Below, piece by piece: positions 25,211 through 38,640 of a stretch of 63,922 nucleotides of DNA. Every line of letters begins with the position of its first letter. The stretch's first letter is position 1. The notes under the pieces were generated by a model, which worked only from the letters and a program-made list of their open reading frames with translations, was not told the DNA's origin and searched no databases. Origin of the DNA: Octopus bimaculoides (lineage: Eukaryota); assembly GCF_001194135.2 (NCBI RefSeq), contig NC_068994.1, positions 37,138,940 to 37,202,861 of the forward strand. Reading direction: 5' to 3'. The translations under genes and the position numbers were made by a program.

Positions 25211-25944
25211 TCTCTTATTTTAATTTAATTATCCATAACCAAATTCTCAAAGTTGGTATATTCGATGCGGAAACCTTTTTCTGCGGAGATATTTCCAGAT
25301 TTAGCGCGCAAAAACGAAGACTTTTGAATCTTAGCATAAGTATAATTTAACAGAACTGTGTACACGTGCTCCCCTCGTGGCATACAACTAGTATGCGATT
25401 CTGTAAATTGTACTTATTCAACAGTCTGTACTGATGAGAAACAGATATTTTCGGTAAGAAAATTTTAATTTCGAAACTAGTTTGCAGATAATTGTATTTT
25501 TTTATGTAATTTTCACTTGTCTTGCCCGAATACGTTTTTGTTATATCGCTAAATTTCTTGTGAGAACAATTCGGTCTTAGTAGACACATTACATGTGATC
25601 TTCTAGCACATTAGCAGTCCACCTAGTGGTCTCCTTTATATATATATGTATATATANNNNNNNNNNNNNNNNNNNNNNNNNNNNNNNNNNNNNNNNNNNN
25701 NNNNNNNNNNNNNNNNNNNNNNNNNNNNNNNNNNNNNNNNNNNNNNNNNNNNNNNNNNNNNNNNNNNNNNNNNNNNNNNNNNNNNNNNNNNNNNNNNNNN
25801 NNNNNNNNNNNNNNNNNNNNNNNNNNNNNNNNNNNNNNNNNNNNNNNNNNNNNNNNNNNNNNNNNNNNNNNNNNNNNNNNNNNNNNNNNNNNNNNNNNNN
25901 NNNNNNNNNNNNNNNNNNNNNNNNNNNNNNNNNNNNNNNNNNNN

Positions 25945-25976
<32 letters not shown>

Positions 25977-28081
25977 ATATATTTGAAGGTGGTGCTCCAG
26001 CATGCCCACAGTCTAATGACTGAAACAAGTAAAAGAATAAAAGAAAATATATATATACAGAGAGAGACAGAGGGAGTTCTCAATTTTTGGCTTTCTTGAA
26101 GCATGGTATTGTTCTGACTTACTTGATGTGATGCTTTGTCTGTTATTTATATGCCCTGTGAAATTTGATCAGTTGCATAATGGTGAAAAATGTATATATT
26201 TGGGGCTTCAACATAGAGTATTGTATTTATGATTGGAAACTGATGAGGTGAAATGCACGATTGTATAATGTCTCCACTTGTGTAATTATTTCAGTGTTTT
26301 ACTGAAATGCATGAATGTCCTATAATGCTTTGAATACTAAACCAGTTTTTTTGCTTATTTTGCCCTTTTTCTCACATTTGGCTTGTGCTCCATGCTCTTA
26401 CCTATCCCAAGTTTGGTGACCCACATCTTCACTATACAGGATACCAGAGTTGGTGGAGCCCTCAACTGAGCCTGATTTGGTTACCTGTTGTACACTTTAC
26501 ATATATACATCAGTCTATTTATCTATCAATCGATCTATCTATCCATCTGTCTGTCTGTTTGATGTCTGATGTTTGTCTGTCTATCTATTTATCTAACTGT
26601 TTATCTATCTATCTATTTATCTAACTGTTTATCTATCTATCTATCTATCTATCTAACTGTTTGTTTGCCTGTCTCTATCTATTTATCTATCTATCTATCT
26701 GTCAGTCTGTCTGTCTGTCTGTTTGTCTATACTAACTTGTACTTTAATACACACACACACAGTACTTTTATATATGATTGTGTGAGTGTGTGTGTGCATG
26801 CGTATGTATGTGTGTGTGTGTGTGTGTGTGTGCATGTGTGTGCGTTTATGAAAGTTTTATTCATCACTGAACTCATCTTGACATTCCATACAGCAGAAGG
26901 ATCATGAATCAACAGTTTACATCATATCTATGGCTTTACATGATTTACTTGAAGAATTTTATGGTGGGTGTAAGTAAATGTTTAAGTACCTTGTGGGTAT
27001 TTAGCAACAACACTTTCCATTCTGAGTTCAAATCCCACTGGAGTTGAAGCTGTCTTACATCACTCTGAAGTTGATGAAATAACAGCCAATAATGGAGTCA
27101 CTCAATGTAGTATGGATTCAATTTCATTAAGTGAAGCCATTTCACTCTCCTAGCATAGGCATAGCTTAGCTGTATGGTTAAGAAATTTGCTTTGCAACCA
27201 TAAAGTTTGGGTTTCAATCCCACTGCAAAGCCACCTTTGATTCCTCTTTTACTCAGGTGGACTGTCAAAGACATTCAATGTTTAAAGAATTCCTATTACA
27301 TTTTCATAATCAAATGTTATTAGGTTATATGTTAAAAATATTTTGTGCATATTAGAAGTATGAACAGTTTATTGCACATAAGCTTTAGCAACAAAATTTT
27401 ATATGGATCCCTGCATATGGGTCATATGGACCCTAATTGGGAACCACTAATGATGATGACGATGATGATGATGAAGATAACTATGATGATAATGATTGTG
27501 GTAGTTGCGGTGGGTGGTGGTATTGATGAGGAGCTTGATGGTAATAATGATGGAAAAAAGGCGTTGGTAAAATATGATAATTTGAAACAAATTTTGAGCT
27601 TCATATAAGTTTTACATATTTATCACCACATTGTTTCTAAATTAGACTCAAGATAAAAAAATTGATTGGTGCCTAATTTATCAACTCTGGAGGAATAACA
27701 GGCAAAGTTGATTGTGGCAGAATTTGTACACAGAATGTAATGAGCTACAGCTAAATACTGCAAGGTACAAGCCATTTTATCTCATGTTCTAATGATCCAA
27801 TCAATCTACTATCTTGATTCCCAAATCGGATATGTGGATAATTTAACTGCATAATAGATAAGCCTAACAATTTTTTTTTCTAGCTGAAGCTAGGTGTCTT
27901 TGGATAAATTTAGACAAATGCTTGTTCTTATCTCTTCCACAGACAGAAAGAACGGGATTAATTTGACTTGATCTCGACCCTAGTTGAGTTCATTTTCAGA
28001 AGTCAAACACTTATGGTCAGAATAAGCAGTTGCATGTCCTTTCAATAATGAGTTTCAAGATCTGTAGATGTTGATTTCAGA

Positions 28082-28314
28082 TTAACAATTTAGTTATCAT
28101 ATTTCTGTTGAGATGCACTGTGTTTCTTTCAATTAATTTTAAATATAACAGAGAAATTAGTAAATTGACTTTAGTTATCATTAAACTAGTGTTAGGAACA
28201 TAAATTGTGACTAAGGTTTGGTGACTCAGGTTTGTTTTCAGAACTATTGAAAACAAGACATTTGTACTACAGAGTCTTAGGTACTTTCATGTGGGTTGGT
28301 ATCAAAAGGGTTAA
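28082..28314. mobile_element. Second TTAA-flanked piggyBac-type MITE, degraded
   Basis: Right end ...GGTATCAAAAGGG|TTAA; left end TTAA|CAATTTAGTTATC is a degraded match to its reverse complement. Confidence 0.55.
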
Positions 28315-28384
28315 AGGCAATCTAGACAACACATCCAATCTAAGTTGGATGTGCTAATTATTATTAGTATTATCAACATATGTG

Positions 28385-28630
28385 TAGAGGTGCATGGCAT
28401 AGTGGTTAGAGTGTTGGACTCATAATTGTAAGAATTTGGAATTGGTTTCTAGACCGGGTGATACATTGTGTTATTGAGCAAGACACTTCACTTCATGCTA
28501 TTCCAGTCTACTCAGCTGGTAAAAATGAGTAATACTGCGACGGACCGGCATCCTATCCAATGCGGAATATATATACCAGAGAAACCAGAAACTGTTCCTA
28601 TGCTCCTTATGGGGTAATGTGGACTAGCCA
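28385..28630 (+). mobile_element. SINE family E
   Basis: TGGCATAGTGG A box and TTGAGCAAGACACTTCACTTCATG core; matches 14283-14440. Confidence 0.8.
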
Positions 28631-28705
28631 TTATTATAATGTGTGCGTGTGTGTGTGTGTGTATATATATATGTATGTATATGTGTATATGTGTATATAT
28701 ATATA

Positions 28706-28756
<51 letters not shown>

Positions 28757-29132
28757 NNNNNNNNNNNNNNNNNNNNNNNNNNNNNNNNNNNNNNNNNNNN
28801 NNNNNNNNNNNNNNNNNNNNNNNNNNNNNNNNNNNNNNNNNNNNNNNNNNNNNNNNNNNNNNNNNNNNNNNNNNNNNNNNNNNNNNNNNNNNNNNNNNNN
28901 NNNNNNNNNNNNNNNNNNNNNNNNNNNNNNNNNNNNNNNNNNNNNNNNNNNNAACAGGTCGCGGTCTCAAAGCGACGAAAATATTTTGACAAATTAAATT
29001 TAAATGTTGAAGTGAATCTAACGGATTTTGTGTGTTATTTTAAATGGCTTATAAACACCTTCCACGCTGCAATTGTTTTCGTTCCAGCACACGATCTCAG
29101 ATCAGGTCACTTGCTATGCAAGTGCATCTCCG

Positions 29133-29172
<40 letters not shown>

Positions 29173-29767
29173 TTTAATATTCACTTTTCGATTCTCTCAT
29201 AGGTCGAGCAGAAGTTATAAAGGAAGATTTTCTATGGCGAAATGCCTTCCTTGTGACTAACATTCTCCTGTTTCCAACTAAGATAATATGTCCTCATGAC
29301 TAGACATGTTTTCACTGGAAATTGGCAATGCCAGTTCATATGTTTTCAACATATAACGAGATTATTGGAAAAATAAATTTTAATCTTGCATGATGATGAC
29401 ACTTGCTTATAACCATTACATGATGTCAAGGCAAGGAGACTGTAACACACAGACACACACACATATTTATATGTGTATATGTGTGCGTGCATGCATGCAT
29501 GCATGTATGTGTGTGTGTATGTTGTGTGTGTGTGTTGTGTGTGTGTGCATAATGAGCTTCTTACAGTTTCCATCGAACAAATCTCTTCATAAAGCCTTAG
29601 TTGAAGACACTTGCCAAGGGTGCGACACAGTTGGAATGACTGAAACCAAACTATATAGATAGCTATAGCTATTGATATATGTGTGAATATATGTATAAAC
29701 AGAAATATGTATATGTATTTTTGTATATATATATATATATATTACAACTATATATATATATATATAA

Positions 29768-29819
<52 letters not shown>

Positions 29820-30538
29820 GTATGATCCAGGGATCAAGGTGTAGGAAGAAAGCTTCAAGCAATCCATAGCAAATATAAAAAGACAACTTTCAGGGACAAT
29901 AGTGGTTTATTGGGGCAGAAGGTTGTGGAATTTTTTTCATATTGAAGTACGATAAGCTGAAAAAAGTTTCTTCTATATATCATGGTAGGCAACCAGAGTT
30001 GCTGGGTGTGCAAAAAAGAATACAAGAGTTACTGAATGGAATTGATAAAATCCGGGCTCTATATGCTTCACAGTGAGCAGAACCTCAGAAGTGGTAAATA
30101 TCCAAGTGAGGTGTATACTGCAGGTTACTCTTCAGGCCAAAGGTATCTTGATTGAATGAAATGTTACATTGTCACATGTAGGTACATGTTGATGCCTGGA
30201 AAGTTCAATCAGAATGTGTCCATATATATATATATATATATAAATATGTACATATATATGTATGTATGCATATGTTTACACTCACACAAGCATATTTATA
30301 TTCAAAGTAATTCAATATATAGTTACCTTGAGATACCAATTTCTACATGTCTTGTCATACTAATTATTATTTATACTTATTCACCTTATTCAGATTCTCT
30401 ACTTTTACTCTGACAACTACAGAGGACATTCATATATGCAAATATGCCAAGTAATAATAACCCAACAACTCTTGGCGTATATAAAATATTTATGCATAAA
30501 GATGTGTAAATGTCTATGTGTGTAAAAATATATGCATT

Positions 30539-30917
30539 GGCACAGGCATGGCTGTGAGGTAAGAAGTTGGCATCACAGTCACATAGTTCTGGGTTCAGTC
30601 CCACTACATGGCACTTTGAGTAAGTGTCTTTCACAATAGCCTTGGGCCAACCAAAGCCTTATGAGTGGATTTGGAAATGGAAACTGAAAGAAGCTCATTG
30701 TTTGTATATGTATATATCTATGTGCATGTGTCTTTGTGTCTGTGTTTGCTCCCCACCATTGCTTGATAACTGGTGTTGGTCTGGTGTTCAACAAAAGATA
30801 CTGACAGAATAAGCACCAGCCTATAAAAAATAAACCATGGGGTCAATTTCTTCGACTAAAAGGCACTTTCAGATGGTGCTCCAGCAAGGCTGCAGTCAAA
30901 TGACTGAAACAAGTAAA

Positions 30918-30920
<3 letters not shown>
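30539..30920 (+). mobile_element. SINE family A
   Basis: Head and tail motifs; followed by (TA)n. Confidence 0.9.
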
Positions 30921-30965
<45 letters not shown>

Positions 30966-30970
<5 letters not shown>

Positions 30971-32016
30971 AAAAAGAAATGGAGCAACAATTAACAATTA
31001 GAAGTTGATCATTGGTATTAAAAGGTCATAGTTTGATTGTAGTTCAAGAACATTTACAGCTCTTCCAGTTTGTTATTTCAAAGTAAATTTGCATTTATCT
31101 CGTTCCATTTAACAAACATCATCAGAATGATTTAGAGTTTATCAGAGGAATATAGATAGGAGAAAAAGGAAAATGAAAAGCAAAAGGAAAAATGGAAAAA
31201 AGGGAAAAGTTTGTTAAGTCTTTAGGCTTACATTTTTGTGCCCTTTTAGGTTCCTCGTGTGTGTATGTTTTTACAATTAGATGAACGGAGCAATATGTGG
31301 GGAAAATGCCGAGTTGACCGGTGTGATAGTCAAAGGAGTTATACCTGGTAGTAATATCTGGTGTTAATTGTAATAAATGACACTGTTTGTGACTGCTAGA
31401 TGAGTCCCTATGATTATAAATAATGCCCTTGTTAAAAACTGAGGATACTTTTAAAAAGTTAATGCGATATAATGTATAAATTATATTTTTATCATTTCTT
31501 TTATGTAACCCAAATTTATACATTATATTGCACTAACTTTTTAAAAGCATCCTTAGTTTTGAACAAGGGCATTATTTGTAATCATAAGGATTTATGTAGT
31601 GATCACAAACAGTGTCATTTATTACAATTAACAACACCGGATATTGCTACTGGGTATAACTCCTTTGACTATCATGCCGGTCAACTAATCTTTCTCTCCA
31701 CTTATTGCTCCATTCATCTAATTGAAGAAACATACACACACGAGGAACCTAAAAGGGCACAAAAATGTAAGCCTAAAGATTTAACGAACTTTTTTCCTTT
31801 TTTCCTTTTGTCCTTTTTTCCCTATCTATATTCCTCTGATAAACTCTATATCATTCTGATGATGTTTGTTAAATGGAACAAGATAAATGCAAATTTATTT
31901 TGAAATAACAAACTGAAACAGCTGTAAATGTTCTTGAATTACAATTAAACTATGACCATTTAATACCAATTATCAACTTCTAATTGTTAATTGTTGCTCC
32001 ATTTCTTTTTTTTTAT
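30966..32016. repeat. Long palindrome: about 510-bp inverted arms, 29-nt spacer
   Basis: 30966-31483 is the reverse complement of 31513-32016. ORF-track peptides 31122-31523(-) and 31472-31903(+) are homologous. Confidence 0.95.
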
Positions 32017-32209
32017 CTGAATATATTAAGCCATGGTTTTACCATTTGAATTACAAACTACAGTTAACTTTATAGCAAGGCATATACATAGTGAGGTCAT
32101 ACACCAGTAGTACCTACGGATACAATTATCCCTTAGACGGTTGCATAACCTCTGACTCATAACTTTTCTATACCAATTTTATACACACACACACACATAT
32201 ATATATATA

Positions 32210-32362
32210 GGTGCAGGAGTGGCTGAGTGGTAAGTAGTTTACTTACCAACCACATGGTTCTGGGTTCAGTCCAACTGCATGGCACCTTGGGCAAGTGTCT
32301 CCTACTATAGCTTCGCCTTGTGAGTGGATTTGGTAGATAGAAACTGAAAGAAGCTCATCATG

Positions 32363-32399
<37 letters not shown>

Positions 32400-32612
32400 A
32401 TGTTTGTGTATCTGTATTTGACCCCACTGAACATTGCTTGACCACCAATGCTGGTGTATTTACATCCCCGTAACTTAGCAGTTCAGCAAAAGTGACCGAT
32501 ACAATAAGTACTACACCTACAAAGAATAAGTCCTGGGGTCAATTTGCTTGACTAAAGGCGATGCACCAGCATGGCCGCAGTCAAATGATTGAAACAAGTA
32601 ATAGAATAAAAA
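32210..32612 (+). mobile_element. SINE family A
   Basis: Head, central TA/TG tract, tail. Confidence 0.9.
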
Positions 32613-32632
32613 GGTAAAAGTATATATATATT

Positions 32633-32676
<44 letters not shown>

Positions 32677-32880
32677 AAGAGAAAGAGACAGACAGAAATT
32701 AGGTGAAATCAGGTAAGGGAACAACAAGCAGGTGTAGTAGTTTAACGCTTGGAAAGAATAGAAAAGTTTTAGGCATTTTGTGCCAATGCTCTTCGACAGA
32801 AAGGATTGAGAGGGAAAAAAATGGAGTGAAACTGAAAAAAATGGAGGGAGCAAAAAATGTGTAGGATTGATAATTTAACA

Positions 32881-32923
<43 letters not shown>

Positions 32924-33251
32924 TAAGTGCAGGCATGGCTATGTGGTTTAAGAGTTCACTTCATAAGTTTGAAGTTTCCAGTTCAGTTCTACTGTGTAGT
33001 ACTTTAGGTATGTATTTCTGCCATAGTAACTTAGGCTGGTCAATGGTCAATACCTTGTGAGTAAGATTCATTGACAGAAATTGTGAAGAAGCCTATTATC
33101 ATCATCATCGTCGTCATCATCATCATCATCATCATCATCATTATCATCATCATCACCACTACCACCATCGTCATCATTATCCTTATTTAATACACCATTA
33201 CTTTCAAACACTCAAAACCAATTGCAATATGTTTGCCTTATTAAAACAAAA

Positions 33252-33310
<59 letters not shown>

Positions 33311-33639
33311 AAGCTATTCAATTCTATTCTAACAATTGTATTGCAATGTATTCTGCAATATTTAAAGCATAGAAAAATAAACCATCATTATTTTTTTTTC
33401 CCTAACAATGAAGAGCTAGACTGTCACAGGGAAATTATAGGATGTCTGTAAACTGTGCCTAATCAGTATAAATTAGCAATATTAGAATAATATTTTATAA
33501 TGTCATAACAAATCAATGAATGATTGTGGAAATATTAGAAAATAATTTGGTCGTTTCTTATGAAAGTAAATATTCTTGTAAAATGATATGTTTTGTGAGA
33601 AGAAGTGAGTTGAACAATTCCCAAGATGCTTCAACCCTT

Positions 33640-34700
33640 CTTTATGGTGTTGCTGCTGATGATGATGTTGATGGTGTTTCTAGTGGTGGCGTTGGTTGCA
33701 GTGGTGCTGGTTGTGGTGGTATTGGTTGTAATAGTAGCGGTCACGGTGGTGATGGTGGTTGTGGTGGTGACTGTGCTTGTGGAGGTGGTGACATAGAAAG
33801 CAGTATTAGTGATGACGATGGTAGTAGTAGTGATAGCGATGGTGGTGGTGCAGATTGCGATAGTAGTAATGGTAGTGGTGGAGATTGCAATAATGCTGGT
33901 GATAGTGGTAGTGATGGTCATGGTGATAATAGTAGTAGTGGTAGTGGTAGTAGTAGTAGTAGTAGTAGTAGTAGTTGTAGTAGTGGTGGTGGTGGTGGTG
34001 ATGGTGGCTTTGGTCATAGCAGTGGTCCTGATGGAGATATCCTATGAGTAAGGATGAGGTATCAGGATGGTATCAGGACAATAATGGTGTTTAGGAGATA
34101 GAGATGGTGTTGAGATGGCTGATATGGAGAGGAAGGGAGGGTAGATATTAGTTAGGGCGGTGGTGGTGGTGGTGGGGAGAAGAGGAATGGTATAAATACT
34201 ATCATAGTGGTGAGGAAGAGAGATGGTATTAGGACAATGAGATAAGGGCAGGGGGCAGAGAATGGTAATGGCATGGTGGTGGTGGAAAAGGAGAAAAGAA
34301 ATAGTATTGAGATGGTGATGTGTTATTTAAGAGGGAGGAGATGGTATTGTGACAATATGTGCTGGTGGTAAAAGGCATGAAGAATGGTTCTTGGTGAGGA
34401 GGAGAGAGAAATGGTATTGATATGATGGCAATGTTGATGGGGAGAGGATAACCATGTTGACAAGAAAGAGATGCTGGTAGTGGTGGTGGTGGTGGTGGTG
34501 ATGGTGAAAGGAGCTGGTATTGGGAGGATGGTTGTGGTGAACTTTATCATTGTCAATACTAGTGGTCGAGACTGCAATGCTGTTTAAAGATAGAAGATTG
34601 TTTTACAGATGGTGATGGTGGATGTTGTGGTGATGATGGATGCCGTTGTTGTAGTGGTAATGGTGGTGGTAGTGGCCGTCGTCATCGTCATATCAAATAT
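33640..34700. repeat. Degenerate (GGT/GAT/AGT)n low-complexity tract
   Basis: Trinucleotide periodicity with strong G/T strand skew. Confidence 0.85.
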
Positions 34701-35478
34701 TGGTGTTTATTGTGATGCAGAAAATGATGTTTTTATAGGAGATGTGATTTTTAAGAGAAGTGCTCATTGCAAACTGACCTTTATGTCAACACGGGGAGGA
34801 AAAAAATGTTGTTTTTGCCCAACCCCCTTTTTTTAGATTAAAACCTGGTCATATGAAAAGGACACAAAAATATATTTGTCCCTAGAAGAAAACAGAGGGA
34901 CAAAGACAGCAAAAAATATTTTTTTATAAAAAAAAAGTGGCAGATGCAAGGAAAGTGCACCTTAAAAACTTAAAAGCATCACCATGTTGTTGCTGGTGCT
35001 GTGGTTTGATCTGTCAGAGAAGGTGATTCAATATTAGTACAGCTGTGAGAAATTAAACAGGGCAAAGATGCTTTCTTTGAGCGGCAGTGAAGTGTCATGC
35101 AAGTAAAAAAATTGGCAAATGGCTGAAAATGGCATTACCGGAGCTGAAATGGATTCGCTAATATAGGGTCTTGGATAATCCAAATGGATTTTTTATGGGA
35201 TTCAATCAATAATGTTGAAACCAGTTGTCAGTGCAATACTGCAGATGTGAAAAAAATAAACACTGATAAGATTTGGTAACAATTTATATCAGTTTATATT
35301 TGTTTATATTTATAGCGGTTTATAAAGCAAGCAAGATATCAGCCATTGCTTAATGGAATGGCTGCTTTTGGTCTCTTATGGCTGGAGTTTACTTTTAGTT
35401 TAAGCTATATGTTTTGCTAACTTTTCTAGATTTATTCATTCATTTATTTATTTATTTATTTGTTTGTTTGTTTGTTTG

Positions 35479-36004
35479 TTAAGTTTTGCAGAAGAGAATA
35501 TCACAAAGAAAGGGGACAGGCTGATAGCAATTAGCCACTAAGTGTTAGCAATAACAGCAACAACAACAACAACAACAACAATAACAACAATGATAGCGAT
35601 GACGATGACAATCAAATATTTCGTAACCTTCACTTTATACCTTTGGTCATCAACACAAGCAAAACTGGAAAAATACCAGAGTGATATCTGTGATGGCTTT
35701 GTGACAATAAAACCTTGAAGGGTCACGTATGTGAGAGACTGTTTGATTTTTAGTTTATAATGTAATAACAGCTCAGCTTGCAAGAAAGACCCCAGCACTG
35801 CACATGGTAGGATGGATATTGGCAAAGGGAGAGAAACAAAGTAATAGAACTTAATAGAGGAAATGTATTGGAAAAAGAAAAAAAAAAAAAAAAAAAAANN
35901 NNNNNNNNAAAAAAAAAAAAAAAAAAAAAAAAAAAGGGAAAATACAATATGTGACGATAGAGATAACTGAGTGTATGATGAGTTTGTGATTTAGAAACAG
36001 AAAA
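35479..36004 (-). repeat. Inverted duplication, arm 1 (partner 38641-39087)
   Basis: Near-identical ORF-track peptides MPISILPCAVLGSFLQAELL... on opposite strands; this arm has expanded poly-A and (CAA)n. Confidence 0.9.
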
Positions 36005-36496
36005 TAATAATAGCCTGGCTGTTTGATATGTTTATGATACATAGAAATAGGGGAAGAAAAATATACAAGATATGAAGTAGATTTTTAATGCACAAGTACA
36101 GAGTAAAAAATATTACAGGACTGTTTTTCTTTTTTTCCTGCCTTTTTGGTAGAATAAGAATATAGATTTACTTTAGCTTTGAGGTAGGGTTGAAATAAAT
36201 CAGAACAGTTTGCCTCTCTAATGGAGCTATAGTATAAACATTAACCATAGAATGAATTTAGCTATAAGAAAAGTTTGTTGTATAAAAAAATTCCTTGGTT
36301 TAACTACATCATTGGTTTTGCAGCCAAAAGTGATTAGAAAAAATAATTCCAATGTATAGTTAGATTTCTTTCATAATGAGGCACATAATTTCATAGATAT
36401 CAAATATGAGTGAAACTTAATTAGTATTAATATCTTTGGAATATTTTGAAAATATTTGTTGATAATGTTGAAAACAAAAGTTTGGTGAAAAAAAGG

Positions 36497-37305
36497 AATG
36501 GCTGTGTGGCAAGAAGCTTATTTCCTAACCACATGGTTTTGGGTTCAGTCCCACTGCATGGCACTTTGGGCAAGTGTCTTCCACTTCAGGCCAACAAATC
36601 CTTGTAAGAGGATTTGGTTGACAGAAACTGAAAGAAGCCTGTTGNNNNNNNNNNATATATATATATATATGAAATATAAAATGGGACAAGAACGCAAAAC
36701 ATCCAGACAATTAGGTGATACAAAAGAGAGACAACAAAACATCCAGATAAACGATACAAAGAAAACAAGGACGGTTCATTCAGAGTTTTCTTTCCTCAGT
36801 CGAGTTCCAGATTATCTTTGCAATTTCGGCTGGTTATACTCGAGATTGCTCCAATCTGGCCAGCCGAAACGAAAAACTAAGCTAAGAGCATTAGATTCCT
36901 TGGAAGAAAGCAGCGAATGTATATGAAAACAAGGGCGGGAAGAAAATGGAGAATATTACTCAAATACAAATAACAGGACATAACAATAAGTGTCTTTCAA
37001 CTAAGGATGAATTAAATTAAGCTGGTATGTGTGAAAATAAAGCTTTATGGCAGGGACACAAGATTTCACAGGCACAGAGAGGAATATAGATGTTGCACAG
37101 ATATATGTGTATGTGTGTGTGTATGTATAGATTTATGTATGTTTGTCTTTGTGTCTATGTTTGTTGGTGTGTTTATGTCCCAGTAACATAGCGGTTCAGT
37201 ATAAGAGATCAATAGAATGAGTACCAAACATAAAAAAAAGGTCCTGGGTCTATTTGTTCGACTAAAACCCTTCATGGTGGTGCCCCTGCATGGCTGCAGT
37301 AAGTA
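36497..37305 (+). mobile_element. SINE family A split by an insertion
   Basis: Head at 36497-36644 and tail at about 37085-37305. Confidence 0.8.
36655..37080. mobile_element. Unclassified CpG-retaining insert inside the SINE central tract
   Basis: About 420 bp between collinear SINE halves; AAAACATCCAGA occurs twice. Confidence 0.5.
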
Positions 37306-37903
37306 AAATAAATGGTAAAAATACCATAGTTTAAATTCAGAATCATGTATTTCTGAAAAAATCTAAAGAAGACCAAACTTGATTTTAAGGATCTATTTTT
37401 GATGCCCACGAATCCAGAAATATCTGGGAATATTTAGTGAATTCATTAATGTATCATATTGATAATCATAAATAATGGCTTTGTGGTTTCAGATTAAATT
37501 TGATATGATGTAATATGAAATTTTAACTCCTCTATGATTCACTGCAATTAACCTTACTGTTTTCTTATTATCCAATGTATTTTTTAAAGTTCCATAAATT
37601 AGAATTGGTAATTAATCTCTTTTTCTAGTTATCTTCGCAAAAGTTTTCCTAGATTTTAAATTTAATTTAAAATTCAAAACAAAAATTTACCATTAGCATA
37701 TGGGTAGATCGTTTTCTTGATGTTAATCCATCCACCAAAAGCCTTTAGATGCATTTGAGTTAATTCTACACCTTTCACTTGCTCTACACTCTACCATCAC
37801 TCATAATCTCTCCATTTGATGTGCTTACCTAGTATAGAATTGTCAATCATTTCTTTGTGACTCTTCTAACTTTGATTTTAAGAGAATTTACTTATCATTA
37901 AAT

Positions 37904-38330
37904 GCAGGTTTGGCTGTGAGGTTAAGAAGCCTGTTTTGCAGCCATGTGGTTTTGGGTTCAGTCCCACTACATGGCACCTTGAACAAATGCCTTTTATTAT
38001 AGCCCTGAGCTGACTGATACCTTGTAAGTGAATTTAGTAGACAGAAACTCTGAGAAATCCAGCTGTCTATATATACATACATACATACATACATTCAAAC
38101 ACACACACACATACATATATGTATATATGCGTGTACGTGTGTGTGTGCATCTTCACCACAAGACAACTAGTGTTGGGTTGTTTATGTTGCTGTAACTTAG
38201 CAGTTCAACAAAAGAAAATGATAGAATAAGTACCAGACTTTAAAAAAAGAAGAACTGGAGGTGTTAACTCTTCAAAGCAGTGCCTCAGTATGGCTGTGGT
38301 CCAATGAGTGAAACAAGTAAAAGATGAAAA
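37904..38330 (+). mobile_element. SINE family A, older copy
   Basis: Degraded head and tail motifs. Confidence 0.85.
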
Positions 38331-38640
38331 AATTATAACCAGAGACAGAAAGTTTTAATTTATTCAATCCATTAGATCAAACACCAATTACCATTTCTTG
38401 AGCCTGCAGACTGAAGAACTGCTCATGACTTTCACAAGTTTTCTTGGACTGGCAGATTGATACTGCTAGTGTTTCTCGTGAATGGTTGCATAAAATAAAA
38501 GTGTAGGTAAGAAATTTCAGAAAAACAATGTTCTGAAGTGGAAAGACCAAAGATAGTTGTTGATTGAACCTGGATATTGTGGAGTAAAGAGATGAGTTAT
38601 TTAGAGTTAACTGAATGGTGATATCACAGAACAAGCTAGG

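Noticed and set aside
31720-31800. Penelope-type inverted repeat with a hammerhead ribozyme as the origin of the big palindrome
   Set aside because: No CTGANGA...GAAA core or GIY-YIG/RT peptide could be read
33520-34047. 175-aa Gly/Ser/Asp/Cys-rich ORF resembling a structural protein
   Set aside because: Degenerate NGT/NAT trinucleotide tract that is stop-free by composition. The same tract continues outside the ORF, and there is no signal peptide or splice support
35660-35745. Tudor-like peptide VSHIRDPSRFYC in an alternative frame of the inverted duplication
   Set aside because: Only about 12 residues, closely bounded by stops, with no usable acceptor and no downstream Tudor core
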